The notes: generated by a model not told the origin, from the sequence alone. A DNA stretch of 64,000 nucleotides from Thermoproteota archaeon (GCA_029258885.1 JAPDJW010000002.1:582816-646815); one strand, 5' to 3'; shown: positions 1 through 10,251, numbered from the stretch's first letter. Made by a program: numbers and translations.

Positions 1-1
1 A

Positions 2-1741
2 ATACTGGTGTTAGCTTTAGTACTGGAAATTCCGAATTCCCTATCTGAACCTGTAAAGGTTACTGTTAAGAAGGAGGTTGTATACAACTATACCCTTGAT
101 ATAAAGGGTAAGGTAATATCTTACTACATTAGAGTTAAGATCGTAATTAAATCGGATGTTGCAGAGAAGCTGACGATAATCGATAAAATCGGTAACATAG
201 ATATTGATAGCCTAAAGATGTTGTCTGGGCCGAAGCCCAGTGAGGTGACGGAGACGGGTAACGGCACATGTATGCTACTGTGGAGTGACGTTAAACTTGA
301 AAAAGGGTATATAGTGCTCGAATACATGGCGAGCGTGAAGACCATGCCGGAGTTTGAGGTGAAAGTGGACATTACCTCAAGTAATGGAACCCTGAACTAT
401 GCCAAATACATATTTGAGAACGTAAACGAAGGGGATGTAGTAAACCTTAAAATCAGCTTTAAGAGCAATCCAGGAGAATACTTAATAGTGGATGGAGAGA
501 AAATAGTCTATCCCTATATAGCGTTATTCGTGCTAACGCATCCTAAAAACATGCTTGATTCCCTCGACTACTTACCGAGACCTAACATGACTGCATTACA
601 GGAGGATAATATGATGGCTTACTGGAACGTCATCTTAAAGGAGGAGATGCATATTGAGGCCTCGCTTCTGATTAAAAGCCTTGGAGCATGGAAGAGCATA
701 TGGATTAATCCGATAACAATTCAGCTGATAGATGATCCCTGGGCAATCCTCGCTAATCTCAGGAGATATAATATTGAGGAGCTGCTTAACGAAACCCTCG
801 CCAGCTATAATGAGTTAAAGAAGACAATGGATACGATAGATGAGATGAAGGAGTCGCTAAATCAGCTCGCCGATACAATGGAGACGATAGGCAATAAGGA
901 GATTGAGGCAGCTGAGCTCCTGCTGAACCTGACAAACACTTTTCAAGATTTTCTCTACATGATGGATTCTGTGAATCCTGAAAACGTGTCTAGAGCGATA
1001 TCTGAGACCAAGAATGCGATAAATAATACAATAGATGTTCTTACTTCAATCAGGGAATATATAGATAACAGCACGTACGCCGAAAACATGACTGAGGTCG
1101 TGGAGAGAATAAATCAAAGTGTAGAGCTACTGGAGTATATGTACAGTCTGCTTTCAGAGGTGAACGTGGAGGAAATATACCAGATAGTAGAGCAGCTGGA
1201 GTCGACGGCTAATACGGGTAAGGAGGCGGCGGGGCTGCTTTTATCCTCGGGTGAAATGCATCTTAAACTGGCTAGGATGATTAGGAACGAATACCTTATG
1301 ATGATAGATCAAATGTCCTATAATCTAACTGCAAAGCTGGATTACATGGAGGAGAGAATAAGGGAGCTTAATAAAACCTATAAAACTGTAAAGGCATATG
1401 AGAAGCTAGCTAACGAGAGGATAGAGGAGCTGAACAGAAGCATCGAAATATACTACAATGGAACGGAGGTTAAAGCATCAAAAACTTTCTCGGTAAAGCA
1501 CATTGTAGCAGTTAAGTTACCTATATTAGCCTCAAAGATAGAGGTAAGCGGGACGCCAGGCGGAGGATTGGAGGAAGAGGAGGAGAAGCGTGTACCATAC
1601 GAGTTGCTGATAATTCCCATAGCAATTATAGTTGTCCTTACACTATATCTAAGGAGGCCTAGAAAGCCTGTTCCTAGAGAAGAAATAGAAAAAAGGATAA
1701 TTAAGGAGATAGAGGAGCTTGAAAAGGAGCTACTGAAGTAA
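2..1741 (+). CDS. Membrane-anchored surface protein: beta-rich N-terminal domains, long coiled-coil stalk, C-terminal TM helix (5' end runs off the window)
   Basis: The frame is open from position 2 (ILVLALVLE..., signal-like), so the true start lies upstream of the window. It has about 230 aa of heptad-rich helix and a hydrophobic segment LLIIPIAIIVVLTLYL followed by RRPRK. Confidence 0.7.
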   Translation: MLVLALVLEIPNSLSEPVKVTVKKEVVYNYTLDIKGKVISYYIRVKIVIKSDVAEKLTIIDKIGNIDIDSLKMLSGPKPSEVTETGNGTCMLLWSDVKLEKGYIVLEYMASVKTMPEFEVKVDITSSNGTLNYAKYIFENVNEGDVVNLKISFKSNPGEYLIVDGEKIVYPYIALFVLTHPKNMLDSLDYLPRPNMTALQEDNMMAYWNVILKEEMHIEASLLIKSLGAWKSIWINPITIQLIDDPWAILANLRRYNIEELLNETLASYNELKKTMDTIDEMKESLNQLADTMETIGNKEIEAAELLLNLTNTFQDFLYMMDSVNPENVSRAISETKNAINNTIDVLTSIREYIDNSTYAENMTEVVERINQSVELLEYMYSLLSEVNVEEIYQIVEQLESTANTGKEAAGLLLSSGEMHLKLARMIRNEYLMMIDQMSYNLTAKLDYMEERIRELNKTYKTVKAYEKLANERIEELNRSIEIYYNGTEVKASKTFSVKHIVAVKLPILASKIEVSGTPGGGLEEEEEKRVPYELLIIPIAIIVVLTLYLRRPRKPVPREEIEKRIIKEIEELEKELLK

Positions 1742-1781
1742 TATAGGTTCCTAGCATTTAATGCTTTTCGGGAGGTATCTG

Positions 1782-1798
1782 TAAATCTCGGAGATTTA
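1782..1798. repeat. Perfect 8-bp inverted repeat TAAATCTC-G-GAGATTTA (possible operator or terminator)
   Basis: Read directly from the sequence, 40 bp downstream of the ORF1 stop. Confidence 0.4.
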
Positions 1799-2160
1799 TC
1801 TATTTAAGCTATTTTCCCTTTAACGTAGCGAAGTCCTGTAAAAATTTAGGGATATATTACTTCTTTAATATCCACTAGATTTGATTTATGATTTACTCGA
1901 GTCTATTTAATAAGTGAGCATAGCTGGACAATGTTGTCTGTTAAGCTCAAGTTTAGGAAACGATATAGGCATCTTTAATGACCCGGAGTTTCCTTGCAAA
2001 CAAATTCCTTAAGGCTTCTACTTAGATAAGATTTAACGTTAAGCTTATTAAGGTCAACAGTAAAATATTGTTCCCAATACAATATCTATTTAAAGCTGTT
2101 CATATTGTACCACGGTGTTTCCTCGGAAAATTTATATTTAAAGTGCAGTATAGTCAAACC

Positions 2161-3339
2161 ATGAAGCTATCATACATTCTCTTGCTAGTGGTCCTAGTAA
2201 TTGCAGCGTTTGGACTATACTTAGCCTATACTTATTTTATGATAAAGCCTGCAGAGTTAACAATCGATAAATCGAGTATAGAAATTACTGGTTGTATTGG
2301 ATACGCTGTATCGGTAAAAATCCATCTAACCAACGTTGGCGGAGCAGCTACAACAGTTAAATTATCCTTATCAGGTATAAAGGCGTTGATAAGCCCAGAG
2401 AGCGTTAAAATAGATCCTGGCCAAACAGTTGAGGTTGAAATATACGCCACGGTATATGATAAGGCTTCAGGAAGTTTAACAATAGAGTATGATGGAAAAA
2501 GTATTGAAGTACCAGTAAACGTAAACGGATATCTGACGGAGGAATGTCTTAAAAACTTCTATAGTTACGATAAAAGCCTACCACTTAACCCAGATGTAAG
2601 CCTTGTATCCAGCACCAAAAAGTTTGAGGTATATAAGGTGTATTATGACAGCGTTAACGGCCAGCGTGTACCAGCCCTACTCCTAAAGCCCAAAACTAAG
2701 CCACCATACCCCTACGTCTTCCTAATACACGGCCTCGGCAGTAAGAAGGAGAAATACCTAAATTTAATGGAGTTCCTAGCATCCAGAGGCTATGCATGCT
2801 TTGCAATAGACCTACCCCTACACGGCGAGAGGGGCGCAGGTAAGATAGACATCGAAAAAGATATACTTAATGTCATAATGCAGGCGGTATACGATATCAG
2901 GAGGGGGCTAGACTACCTCGAAAGTAGGGGAGATGCAGGCAAGATCTGCCTCTACGGAACCAGCCTCGGAGGAATAATAAGCTCAATAACACTAGGCGTC
3001 GAACAGAGATTCAGCGCAGCAGTACTGGTAGTAACAGGCGGAAATATCACCTACATACTACATAATAGCGTGATTGCAAGCGGAGTCAATGTCGATAAGA
3101 TACTCAGTAACCCCCTATTCCCATACACCGAGCCGCTAAACTACATAAGCTACTTCAACGGCCCAATACAGTTCCACCTAGGAGAAAAGGACGATGTAAT
3201 ACCAATCGAAGCAGGGCTACAGCTAGCCAACAAAGCAAAAAACAAGGAAGTATACACATACAACACGGGACACGGCATACCAGCGAACATGTTCATAGAC
3301 AAGGTTCTAGATTTTCTAGATAGAAACCTAAAAAGCTAG
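2161..3339 (+). CDS. Membrane-anchored alpha/beta hydrolase (esterase/dienelactone-hydrolase-like) with an N-terminal Ig-like domain
   Basis: Nucleophile motif GTSLGG, HGLG oxyanion segment, DDVIP Asp and GHG His. The probable start is ATG 2161 (MKLSYILLL, TM anchor) rather than the TTG at 2068. Confidence 0.8.
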   Translation: MKLSYILLLVVLVIAAFGLYLAYTYFMIKPAELTIDKSSIEITGCIGYAVSVKIHLTNVGGAATTVKLSLSGIKALISPESVKIDPGQTVEVEIYATVYDKASGSLTIEYDGKSIEVPVNVNGYLTEECLKNFYSYDKSLPLNPDVSLVSSTKKFEVYKVYYDSVNGQRVPALLLKPKTKPPYPYVFLIHGLGSKKEKYLNLMEFLASRGYACFAIDLPLHGERGAGKIDIEKDILNVIMQAVYDIRRGLDYLESRGDAGKICLYGTSLGGIISSITLGVEQRFSAAVLVVTGGNITYILHNSVIASGVNVDKILSNPLFPYTEPLNYISYFNGPIQFHLGEKDDVIPIEAGLQLANKAKNKEVYTYNTGHGIPANMFIDKVLDFLDRNLKS

Positions 3340-3570
3340 CATTCTTTCTAACATTTCCTCTCAACTAGCATTACTTAACGCTATTTTAAGCTATAGCAAA
3401 TTTCAGCTAAACAATTAATGTGATGTATTCACATTTCCATGAATAATTTAAAAATAATCTCGTGCTATACCTTAGGATAAAACTATATTCTAACCAGATA
3501 AGCTATTTCAAGAAATCCTTTTACCTCATTGGAGTAAAGCTTGAAGGTTATGAATTAAAATACTATGGAG

Positions 3571-4788
3571 TTAAGGGGCAACTTTAAACTCGTAACCTTT
3601 TCTCCTTAAGTCGCGTAATATTTCGTCTATGCTTTCCTTATCTGGGACTTCAAGCGTTATGGTTACTTCTACTTTACCTATTCTTACTGTTGGGCTTACT
3701 CTATCCTCTTCTATCGATATTACGTTTGCCCTAGCTTTAGCTATTGATTCAAGTACTTCCTTGAGTGTTCCGGGCCTGTCATTGAGTACTCCCTGTATCC
3801 GTATCTCCCTCCCCTCTACGACTAGGGCCTTATCTATTACCCTCGATAATAGTGGCATATCTACATTTCCTCCGCTGACAACTATAGCAACGTTCTTTTC
3901 TTTGACGTCTATTTTTCCGCTTAATACCGCCGCTACACCGACTGCTCCCGCTGGCTCGGCTACGAGTTTACACCTCTCGAGTAGCATGAACATTGCTCTA
4001 ACTATTTCATCATCGTCTACAAGCAGTACGTCGTCCACTATCTCGCTCACTATCTTAAACGTTAGGTCTCCGGGGCTCTTTATAGCTATGCCGTCGGCAA
4101 TAGTATCTATATCCCTAACCTTAACAATCCCACCCTTCTCCAGCGAGAGCTTCATGGACGGAGCCCCGCTCGCCTCGACACCGTAGACCTTAACGTCGGG
4201 CTTAAGGTTCTTCAATGCTATAGCTATACCCGAGATTAGTCCGCCGCCTCCTATCGGCACAACAACGGCATCTATATTCGGTAGATCCTCGTATATCTCG
4301 AGTCCTATAGTCCCCTGTCCTGCAATCACGTATGGATCGTTAAATGCGTGTATGAAGTCGATGTTCCTCTCCTTCGACAGCCTTACAGCGTACTCATAGG
4401 CATCGTCGTAGGTTCTCCCATACAGTATTACGTTTGCCCCATATCCCTTGGTGGCGACGACCTTAATGACTGGCGTGTATTTGGGCATAACTATCGTCGA
4501 TTTTACACCCAGTAATGTTGCAGCGTAGGCTACACCTTGGGCATGGTTTCCCGAGGATGCGGTTACACACTCCCTAATACCCTTAGCTTTAACGAGGTGC
4601 CACAGCTTATTATAGGCGCCCCTAGGCTTAAAGGAGCCAGTTTTCTGAAGATTCTCCAGCTTAAGGTAGATATTACCGCCAGTAAGTTTAGAGAACGTGT
4701 AGGATCTTGTGAGGGGCGTGCGGTGGACGACGTCCTTCAGTATTTCCTTAGCCTCCTTAATCCTATCAAATATGTCCGGGTATAGCAT
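3571..4788 (-). CDS. ilvA: Threonine ammonia-lyase (PLP-dependent, C-terminal ACT domain)
   Basis: Motifs KLENLQKTGSFKPRGA (PLP Lys), SSGNHAQG, PIGGGGL and SGGN, plus an ACT-like C-terminus. Confidence 0.95.
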   Translation of the reverse strand: MLYPDIFDRIKEAKEILKDVVHRTPLTRSYTFSKLTGGNIYLKLENLQKTGSFKPRGAYNKLWHLVKAKGIRECVTASSGNHAQGVAYAATLLGVKSTIVMPKYTPVIKVVATKGYGANVILYGRTYDDAYEYAVRLSKERNIDFIHAFNDPYVIAGQGTIGLEIYEDLPNIDAVVVPIGGGGLISGIAIALKNLKPDVKVYGVEASGAPSMKLSLEKGGIVKVRDIDTIADGIAIKSPGDLTFKIVSEIVDDVLLVDDDEIVRAMFMLLERCKLVAEPAGAVGVAAVLSGKIDVKEKNVAIVVSGGNVDMPLLSRVIDKALVVEGREIRIQGVLNDRPGTLKEVLESIAKARANVISIEEDRVSPTVRIGKVEVTITLEVPDKESIDEILRDLRRKGYEFKVAP

Positions 4789-4823
4789 CAGTTTATGAAT
4801 AAGTCTAGACGTTAAAAGCTTTG

Positions 4824-5594
4824 CTACGGCAATATATCCACGCCTACGTTAATCCAAGCCTCCCTACGGGCAATCCTATAGCCGACCCCCAGATAGGCTC
4901 TCACGGCCGGAACATTATCGACGTTAACCCATAAGCATGCATACCTGCTCTTCTCCAACGCTTTCCTCGAAACATAGTACGTAATTGCCTTACCCAGCCC
5001 CCTACCCCTATACTCGGGATCAACCCATATAGAGCCAACCATGGATACCTCAGGCTCGTGAACGTACAGGCCGCCGAAGGCTATAATCCTATTACCCATA
5101 ACTGCCCCAAATCTTTTCCCTAGATACTCCATCCTCCTTGATATGAACTCCGGTATCTCGTAGCCGCTTAGATCAGTTAGCTCCGTAAACAATACATTTA
5201 GTTTCATGAGCGGTTCCTTAAGCATATCACCTGTAGCATACATACTGTAGGCCTCGTATAGGCTTAAAGGCTTCACGTACCGCAACGCTATTTCCCTATA
5301 TCGAATCGGGACATGTATTATGGCTCTCTTAAGAGGTATTCTGGAAGACACGTATTCAAATAATTCCGAAACCGCTTCACCTTCTTCTCCATCGATAATA
5401 ATCGATAAGTGATCTCTTAAACCATGGAATATTAACGCATAACCTTTTAAGACGTCATCCTCATAGTAGGCGTAAACCGTAGTTGATTCCCTCAAATGCC
5501 TAATATCGTGAATCGTGTAGGGATGTAGAAACGGTTCCCTCAGCACATATCTAAGTACTTCATCATACATATTCTCCATTACCTTCATGGCCAT
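4824..5594 (-). CDS. GNAT-family acetyltransferase
   Basis: Acetyl-CoA motif A: VDPEYRGRGLGK; also NVPAVRAY. Confidence 0.85.
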   Translation of the reverse strand: MAMKVMENMYDEVLRYVLREPFLHPYTIHDIRHLRESTTVYAYYEDDVLKGYALIFHGLRDHLSIIIDGEEGEAVSELFEYVSSRIPLKRAIIHVPIRYREIALRYVKPLSLYEAYSMYATGDMLKEPLMKLNVLFTELTDLSGYEIPEFISRRMEYLGKRFGAVMGNRIIAFGGLYVHEPEVSMVGSIWVDPEYRGRGLGKAITYYVSRKALEKSRYACLWVNVDNVPAVRAYLGVGYRIARREAWINVGVDILP

Positions 5595-5767
5595 CAGCCT
5601 CTACCGGCTCATAATCTAACTCCATTCATTCCCCAGGAATTTCCTTAACTATTCTCAGGGGCATATAGATCATATACTTGCATTATGTTATAAAATTGGA
5701 GGCTGCATTAAACTATGTCTTCTCTTAATTAACTTTTTTATTAATCTAAAGATTAAATATTATTAAC

Positions 5768-6370
5768 ATGGAGCTCTCCTGCGTGCTTTCGAGTATTAAA
5801 ACCTATTCTGAGGAATTAGGTCTTGATTTATCAAAGCCTGAGGATCGTTTCAAGTGGTTTCTAGCTTCGATACTTTTCGCTAAAAGAATTTCAGCCGATA
5901 TAGCTAAGAGGACTTTCTTTAGGTTTGTTGAGGAGGATTTAACTACTCCAGAAGCTATACTTGAGGCTGGCTGGGATAGGCTCGTCGAGGTACTTGATTC
6001 AGGCGGGTACGTTAGGTACGATTTCTCAACTGCATCTAATCTTCTCGAAATTATGGGTAAGCTTAAGAGGGAATACGGTAGCATAGATAAGCTACACGAG
6101 GTGGCCAGCGACCCTAGGGATCTAGAGAAGAGGCTCATGGAGTTTAAGGGCATTGGTCCAGTATGTGTAAATATATTCCTAAGGGAGCTTAGAGGCATAT
6201 GGAGTAAAGCTGACCCAAAGCCCTCTAATTTAGCTGTCAAAGTGGCTGAGAAGCTGGGGTTAAAGGACGTGAAACCCTATGAGTCGCAACTAGTCAGAAT
6301 ATATCTTGAGTACTGTAAGAAGAGGAAATGTGATTCATGCCCAGTAAGGATGTTCTGTAAAGCCAGGTAA
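5768..6370 (+). CDS. HhH-GPD/endonuclease III-like DNA-binding protein with a C-terminal 4-Cys cluster
   Basis: HhH motif FKGIGP; C-terminal CKKRKCDSCPVRMFC. Confidence 0.75.
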   Translation: MELSCVLSSIKTYSEELGLDLSKPEDRFKWFLASILFAKRISADIAKRTFFRFVEEDLTTPEAILEAGWDRLVEVLDSGGYVRYDFSTASNLLEIMGKLKREYGSIDKLHEVASDPRDLEKRLMEFKGIGPVCVNIFLRELRGIWSKADPKPSNLAVKVAEKLGLKDVKPYESQLVRIYLEYCKKRKCDSCPVRMFCKAR

Positions 6371-6406
6371 TAGAGGGATTATCATTCAGCCATGATGTAT
6401 TTCAGG

Positions 6407-7798
6407 CTACTTCAGGCAAACTATTACTGTTAGATCATTAACGTTAGTCCCCGTTGGACCGGTATATATTAGGTGTTTACCTAGCGCTTTGAAGAATGAA
6501 TAAGTATCGTGTCTACGTAGGTAGTCGAATATGTCCAGCCCTCTTCCCTCGGCCTCGCGTATAGTATATGCGTCAACGATGGCGCCAGCTGCATCACTGT
6601 TTCCATCTATTCCATCGGATCCAATTGATGCAAGCACAGCCCCTTTCATTCCATTTAGGTAGAGCGCTGCTGAGCATGCAAGCTCCTGATTTCTCCCACC
6701 CCAGCCTCCTCCATATACATCCAAGGTTACAGTCGTTTCGCCCCCGACGAGTACAGCACATGGTTTAGCTAACGGCCGATCCCTATAGTATATCTGCCTA
6801 GCTATTGAAGCGAGCACTATACCTACTTCCTTAGCCTCTCCCTCAAGGTATGAGGTTAAAACCATGGCATTAAGACCTAAATCTAAAGCTCTACTATACA
6901 TTGTGTTCAGTGAAATTTCATTGCTGGCGATAATCACATTATACACTCTCCTAAAGACTTTATCTCTGGGCTTAACAGTCTCCTCTATAAGCCCGTTCAA
7001 GCCTTTTTCAAGAACGTTCAGAATACTTTTAGGAGCCCTATCGGCTACGCCGTACTTTCTCAGAACATTTAAGGCATCGCTGAACGTGGATTTGTCAGGT
7101 GCAGTCGGCCCTGAGGCAATTGTATCCAGAGGGTCTCCAACCACATCCGAAATTATCAGCGATAACACGGTTGCTGGATAGGCTAATTTAGCTAGCTTTC
7201 CACCCTTAAGCTTCTCAACATGCTTCCTAACAACATTTACCTCATTGATGTTAGCCCCACTTCCCAATAGGAGCTTAGTTAAAGTCATCATGTCATCCAT
7301 TGATACTTCATCGTAGGGACAGCACATAAGCGCAGAACCACCGCCGGAGATAAGACATATTATCAAATCCCCTTCATCGGCACTACTAACTAGTGAAATT
7401 ATCTCCTCACTATGTCTCCTATTCTCCTCACTAGGTATCGGGTGCGTGGCGCCTAGAAGCTTAATCTTTTTCAACTTATACCTGTTAACCAATGGCTTAG
7501 GGACTATGACATAGCCACAATCAATGAAATCCCCTAGAATCTCCTCAAGCGCTTGAGCCATGCCCCCCGAGGCCTTACCAGCACCAACCACATAAACCCT
7601 ATTGAAGGAACCTAGCTTCAGCCTATACCCGTCCACCCTAAGCTCTCCATCTTCAATCTTCATTTTCCTACGGACAGCCTCACGTGGATCGGCGGCAGAC
7701 AATCCCTCATCCAACAGCTCTAGAGCTATCCTACGTGCTTCCCTGGTAACTTTATCGTAGACGTCCAGAAGCTCATCCACATTCCTAATATACCTCAT
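6407..7798 (-). CDS. gckA: Glycerate 2-kinase (MOFRL family)
   Basis: Motifs GAGKAS, LISGGGSAL, SDVVGD, IASGPT, GGETTV, GGRNQE, SDGIDG and TGTNVND. The probable start is ATG 7798. Confidence 0.92.
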   Translation of the reverse strand: MRYIRNVDELLDVYDKVTREARRIALELLDEGLSAADPREAVRRKMKIEDGELRVDGYRLKLGSFNRVYVVGAGKASGGMAQALEEILGDFIDCGYVIVPKPLVNRYKLKKIKLLGATHPIPSEENRRHSEEIISLVSSADEGDLIICLISGGGSALMCCPYDEVSMDDMMTLTKLLLGSGANINEVNVVRKHVEKLKGGKLAKLAYPATVLSLIISDVVGDPLDTIASGPTAPDKSTFSDALNVLRKYGVADRAPKSILNVLEKGLNGLIEETVKPRDKVFRRVYNVIIASNEISLNTMYSRALDLGLNAMVLTSYLEGEAKEVGIVLASIARQIYYRDRPLAKPCAVLVGGETTVTLDVYGGGWGGRNQELACSAALYLNGMKGAVLASIGSDGIDGNSDAAGAIVDAYTIREAEGRGLDIFDYLRRHDTYSFFKALGKHLIYTGPTGTNVNDLTVIVCLK

Positions 7799-7848
7799 AG
7801 CATTCCCACCCAACATACGGTTGTTCATGCAATAAGTTTTAACTGGAT

Positions 7849-8175
7849 TTAATCTGCCTCCTTTAAACTATTAACCAACTCCTCCAGATACTTCAGTCCA
7901 TCCTCTAGCAGTCTCCTACCCTTATTCGTTATAGAGTAGTACTTCCTATTCCCAATAGTCTTTGAAACAACGTAGTTTGCCTTTTCAAGCTTCTTAAAAA
8001 CAACATATGGCAGCACTAGTCCAGGGTCGAACCCGTGCTTCTCCCTAATTATATGAATTATCTCGTATGGATACCTATCCCTACTTTTAAGGTATGCTAG
8101 AATATATATCCAGAGGCACTCCACGCCAGTCTTCTTCTTAAGCCTCCTCAGCGGAGGCTCCTCCCTTAATGTCAT
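7849..8175 (-). CDS. PadR-family transcriptional regulator
   Basis: wHTH pattern YPYEII ... LY/PYVVFKKLEKANYV ... RKYYSITNKG. Confidence 0.85.
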   Translation of the reverse strand: MTLREEPPLRRLKKKTGVECLWIYILAYLKSRDRYPYEIIHIIREKHGFDPGLVLPYVVFKKLEKANYVVSKTIGNRKYYSITNKGRRLLEDGLKYLEELVNSLKEAD

Positions 8176-8248
8176 GGTGTAATATTATAGAAAAGAATAA
8201 ATATCGTTTATTATCTAATATACGTTAGAATCTAATGGCTGTTAGATA

Positions 8249-9439
8249 GTGGTCGGGATGATAAGGGTAGTTGTAATCGGTCAGGGGCAGGTTGCCTCAA
8301 ACTTCGTTGTAGGTCTCGAGAGGCTGAAGAAGGGTGAGATAGAGCCGTATGGAGTTCCGCTGGCAGACATGGATTTAGGCTATAATTTTAACGATATTAA
8401 AATAGTGGGCTCCTACGATGTTGATGCTGGGAAGGTTGGTAGAAGCCTCTATGATGTAGCCAAAATGTACTTTAACGAGGAGATTATTCCAGAGGAACTT
8501 AAGGACATATATGTTAGGAAGGGTATCTCGTTGGGAAAGCTTCAGGACATGCCCTTCGATATCGTTTCATTGGATGAGAATAACGGAAGCCTAAGTGATG
8601 TAATTGATCTTCTCTATGAGGAGTGGTGTAGGCTTAAGCCAGACGTTGTAGTCGATTTAACGACCACGCAATACGGTATAGTTTTTAGAGACTTCAAGAA
8701 GCTTGAGGAGACGGTCCTCAAGAACAACAGGGAGCTCCTTACTCCAAGCCAGGTATACTGTTATTCCCTTATAAAATATGTTGAGAACGTTAGGAGCGCA
8801 GCTTACGTTAACTGTATTCCAGTTCCTATAGCTAATGACCCAGCTATAGTGGGTAAGATGATGGAGGCAGGTGGCCTCGTATTGGGGGATGATGGAGCTA
8901 CAGGAGCTACACCACTCACCGCAGATATTCTTAGACATATGGCTGATAGAAATAGAAAGGTTCTATCTGTGGCACAGTTTAACATTGGCGGCAACCTAGA
9001 TTTCCTAGCTCTCTTAAATAAGGAGAGGAATAGGGCTAAGGAGTTCACTAAATCAAGCATAGTCAAGGACATCTTAGGATACGATGCTCCACACTACATT
9101 AGGCCGACGGGATACCTTGAACCCCTCGGAGATAAGAAGTTCGTAGCAATGCACCTAATATACAAATCATTCAATGGCGCAGAGGACGAAATAATAGTAA
9201 ACATGAGAATAAACGACAGCCCAGCACTAGCAGGCTATGTAGTGGATTTAGTAAGGCTAAGTAAGCTGGCACTAGATAACGAGATCTACGGCACAGTATA
9301 TGAGATAAACGCCTTCTACATGAAAAGGCCGGGACCTCTGGGATCAAAGAGCATCTCAAAAATATTAGCAAGAAGACTCTTGGGAGAATGGGTCGGAAAA
9401 GCCGCAAGAAAGCCCGTTAAAGCATACGAGATTATTTAG
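8249..9439 (+). CDS. ino1: myo-inositol-1-phosphate synthase
   Basis: Rossmann IGQGQVAS; motifs GDDGATGAT, QFNIGGNLDF, GDKK and NDSPALAG. Confidence 0.92.
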   Translation: MVGMIRVVVIGQGQVASNFVVGLERLKKGEIEPYGVPLADMDLGYNFNDIKIVGSYDVDAGKVGRSLYDVAKMYFNEEIIPEELKDIYVRKGISLGKLQDMPFDIVSLDENNGSLSDVIDLLYEEWCRLKPDVVVDLTTTQYGIVFRDFKKLEETVLKNNRELLTPSQVYCYSLIKYVENVRSAAYVNCIPVPIANDPAIVGKMMEAGGLVLGDDGATGATPLTADILRHMADRNRKVLSVAQFNIGGNLDFLALLNKERNRAKEFTKSSIVKDILGYDAPHYIRPTGYLEPLGDKKFVAMHLIYKSFNGAEDEIIVNMRINDSPALAGYVVDLVRLSKLALDNEIYGTVYEINAFYMKRPGPLGSKSISKILARRLLGEWVGKAARKPVKAYEII

Positions 9440-9492
9440 GTTAATAGCTAGAAATTTGGCGATGCCTAAGTATAAGTAGTAGATGTGTAGTC

Positions 9493-9921
9493 TTAAGACA
9501 TTTGACTTCTAATGTTTTGTGGAATAGGGTTTTCAAATATCAAGCCGTATTTTCTGCATAATTTTTCTATGTGTTTATCGTTTGAAACTATTATTGGAAT
9601 CCTATTTTCAAGTGCAGTAGCTAAGAGTAGTGCATCACCTAATGGCACGTTTTCCTCTACAGCGATAGTGAATCCACCGCTCGACGGAGGGATTAGGTTT
9701 AAGCCTCTGGCTACCAGCTCTATTTTAGAGGCAACCTTAGATCTAGGCCTAACCCTATAATACCAATATAGGGTATTATAAGCCTCTAATAACACGGTAT
9801 GGGTAACATATAACTCAATCTCCCCCACTAGTCCTTTCTCTATCAGAGGCTTAACATATGGTGAGGCTACGTGATTCTCAAGCAAACTATAGGATAAGAT
9901 GTCAGCATCAAGCATCCTCAT
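9493..9921 (-). CDS. vapC: PIN-domain toxin (VapC)
   Basis: All four acidic PIN residues are present (LDAD, LEAY, GDAL, NDKH). It overlaps the upstream AbrB-type gene by 4 nt. Confidence 0.88.
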   Translation of the reverse strand: MRMLDADILSYSLLENHVASPYVKPLIEKGLVGEIELYVTHTVLLEAYNTLYWYYRVRPRSKVASKIELVARGLNLIPPSSGGFTIAVEENVPLGDALLLATALENRIPIIVSNDKHIEKLCRKYGLIFENPIPQNIRSQMS

Positions 9922-10160
9922 ATCTTTAATCCTCCATACCTATGCTTACCCTTCTCAGCATCAAGGTATCTATACTTTTCATCCACATACAGCTTTATTT
10001 CTCTAAACTTCTTCAGAACATCTTCCCCAGAAGCCTTCTTTAAAATGATCATAGATCCCCTTCTTTCAATAATCAGCTCATCCTTAGGCTTAAGCCCCTC
10101 CCTAAACTCAACAGGTATAGTTATCCTCCATCTATCGTCGATACGAACTCTTTTACCCAC
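9918..10160 (-). CDS. vapB: AbrB/MazE-fold antitoxin (VapB)
   Basis: Motif RVRIDDRWRITIPVEFREGLKPKDEL. The probable start is GTG 10160, behind a (GGGATG)n SD-like tract. Confidence 0.85.
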   Translation of the reverse strand: MGKRVRIDDRWRITIPVEFREGLKPKDELIIERRGSMIILKKASGEDVLKKFREIKLYVDEKYRYLDAEKGKHRYGGLKI

Positions 10161-10210
10161 TCCCCATCCCCATCCCACATATATACAATCAAGTATTTAA
10201 GTTTAAGCTA

Positions 10211-10225
10211 GGGAAAAGTTTAAGA
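10211..10225 (+). promoter_or_regulatory. BRE/TATA promoter for the C/D-box sRNA at 10252
   Basis: GGGAAAAG-TTTAAGA lies about 27-33 nt upstream of the C box. Confidence 0.55.
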
Positions 10226-10251
10226 TTTTTCTTCATTAATTTAATACTGGA

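Noticed and set aside
2068-2160. N-terminal extensions given by the ORF track (also 7799-7828, 17861-17974 and 32292-32336)
   Set aside because: They begin at alternative codons in promoter-like AT-rich DNA; downstream ATG/GTG starts match the expected family N-termini.
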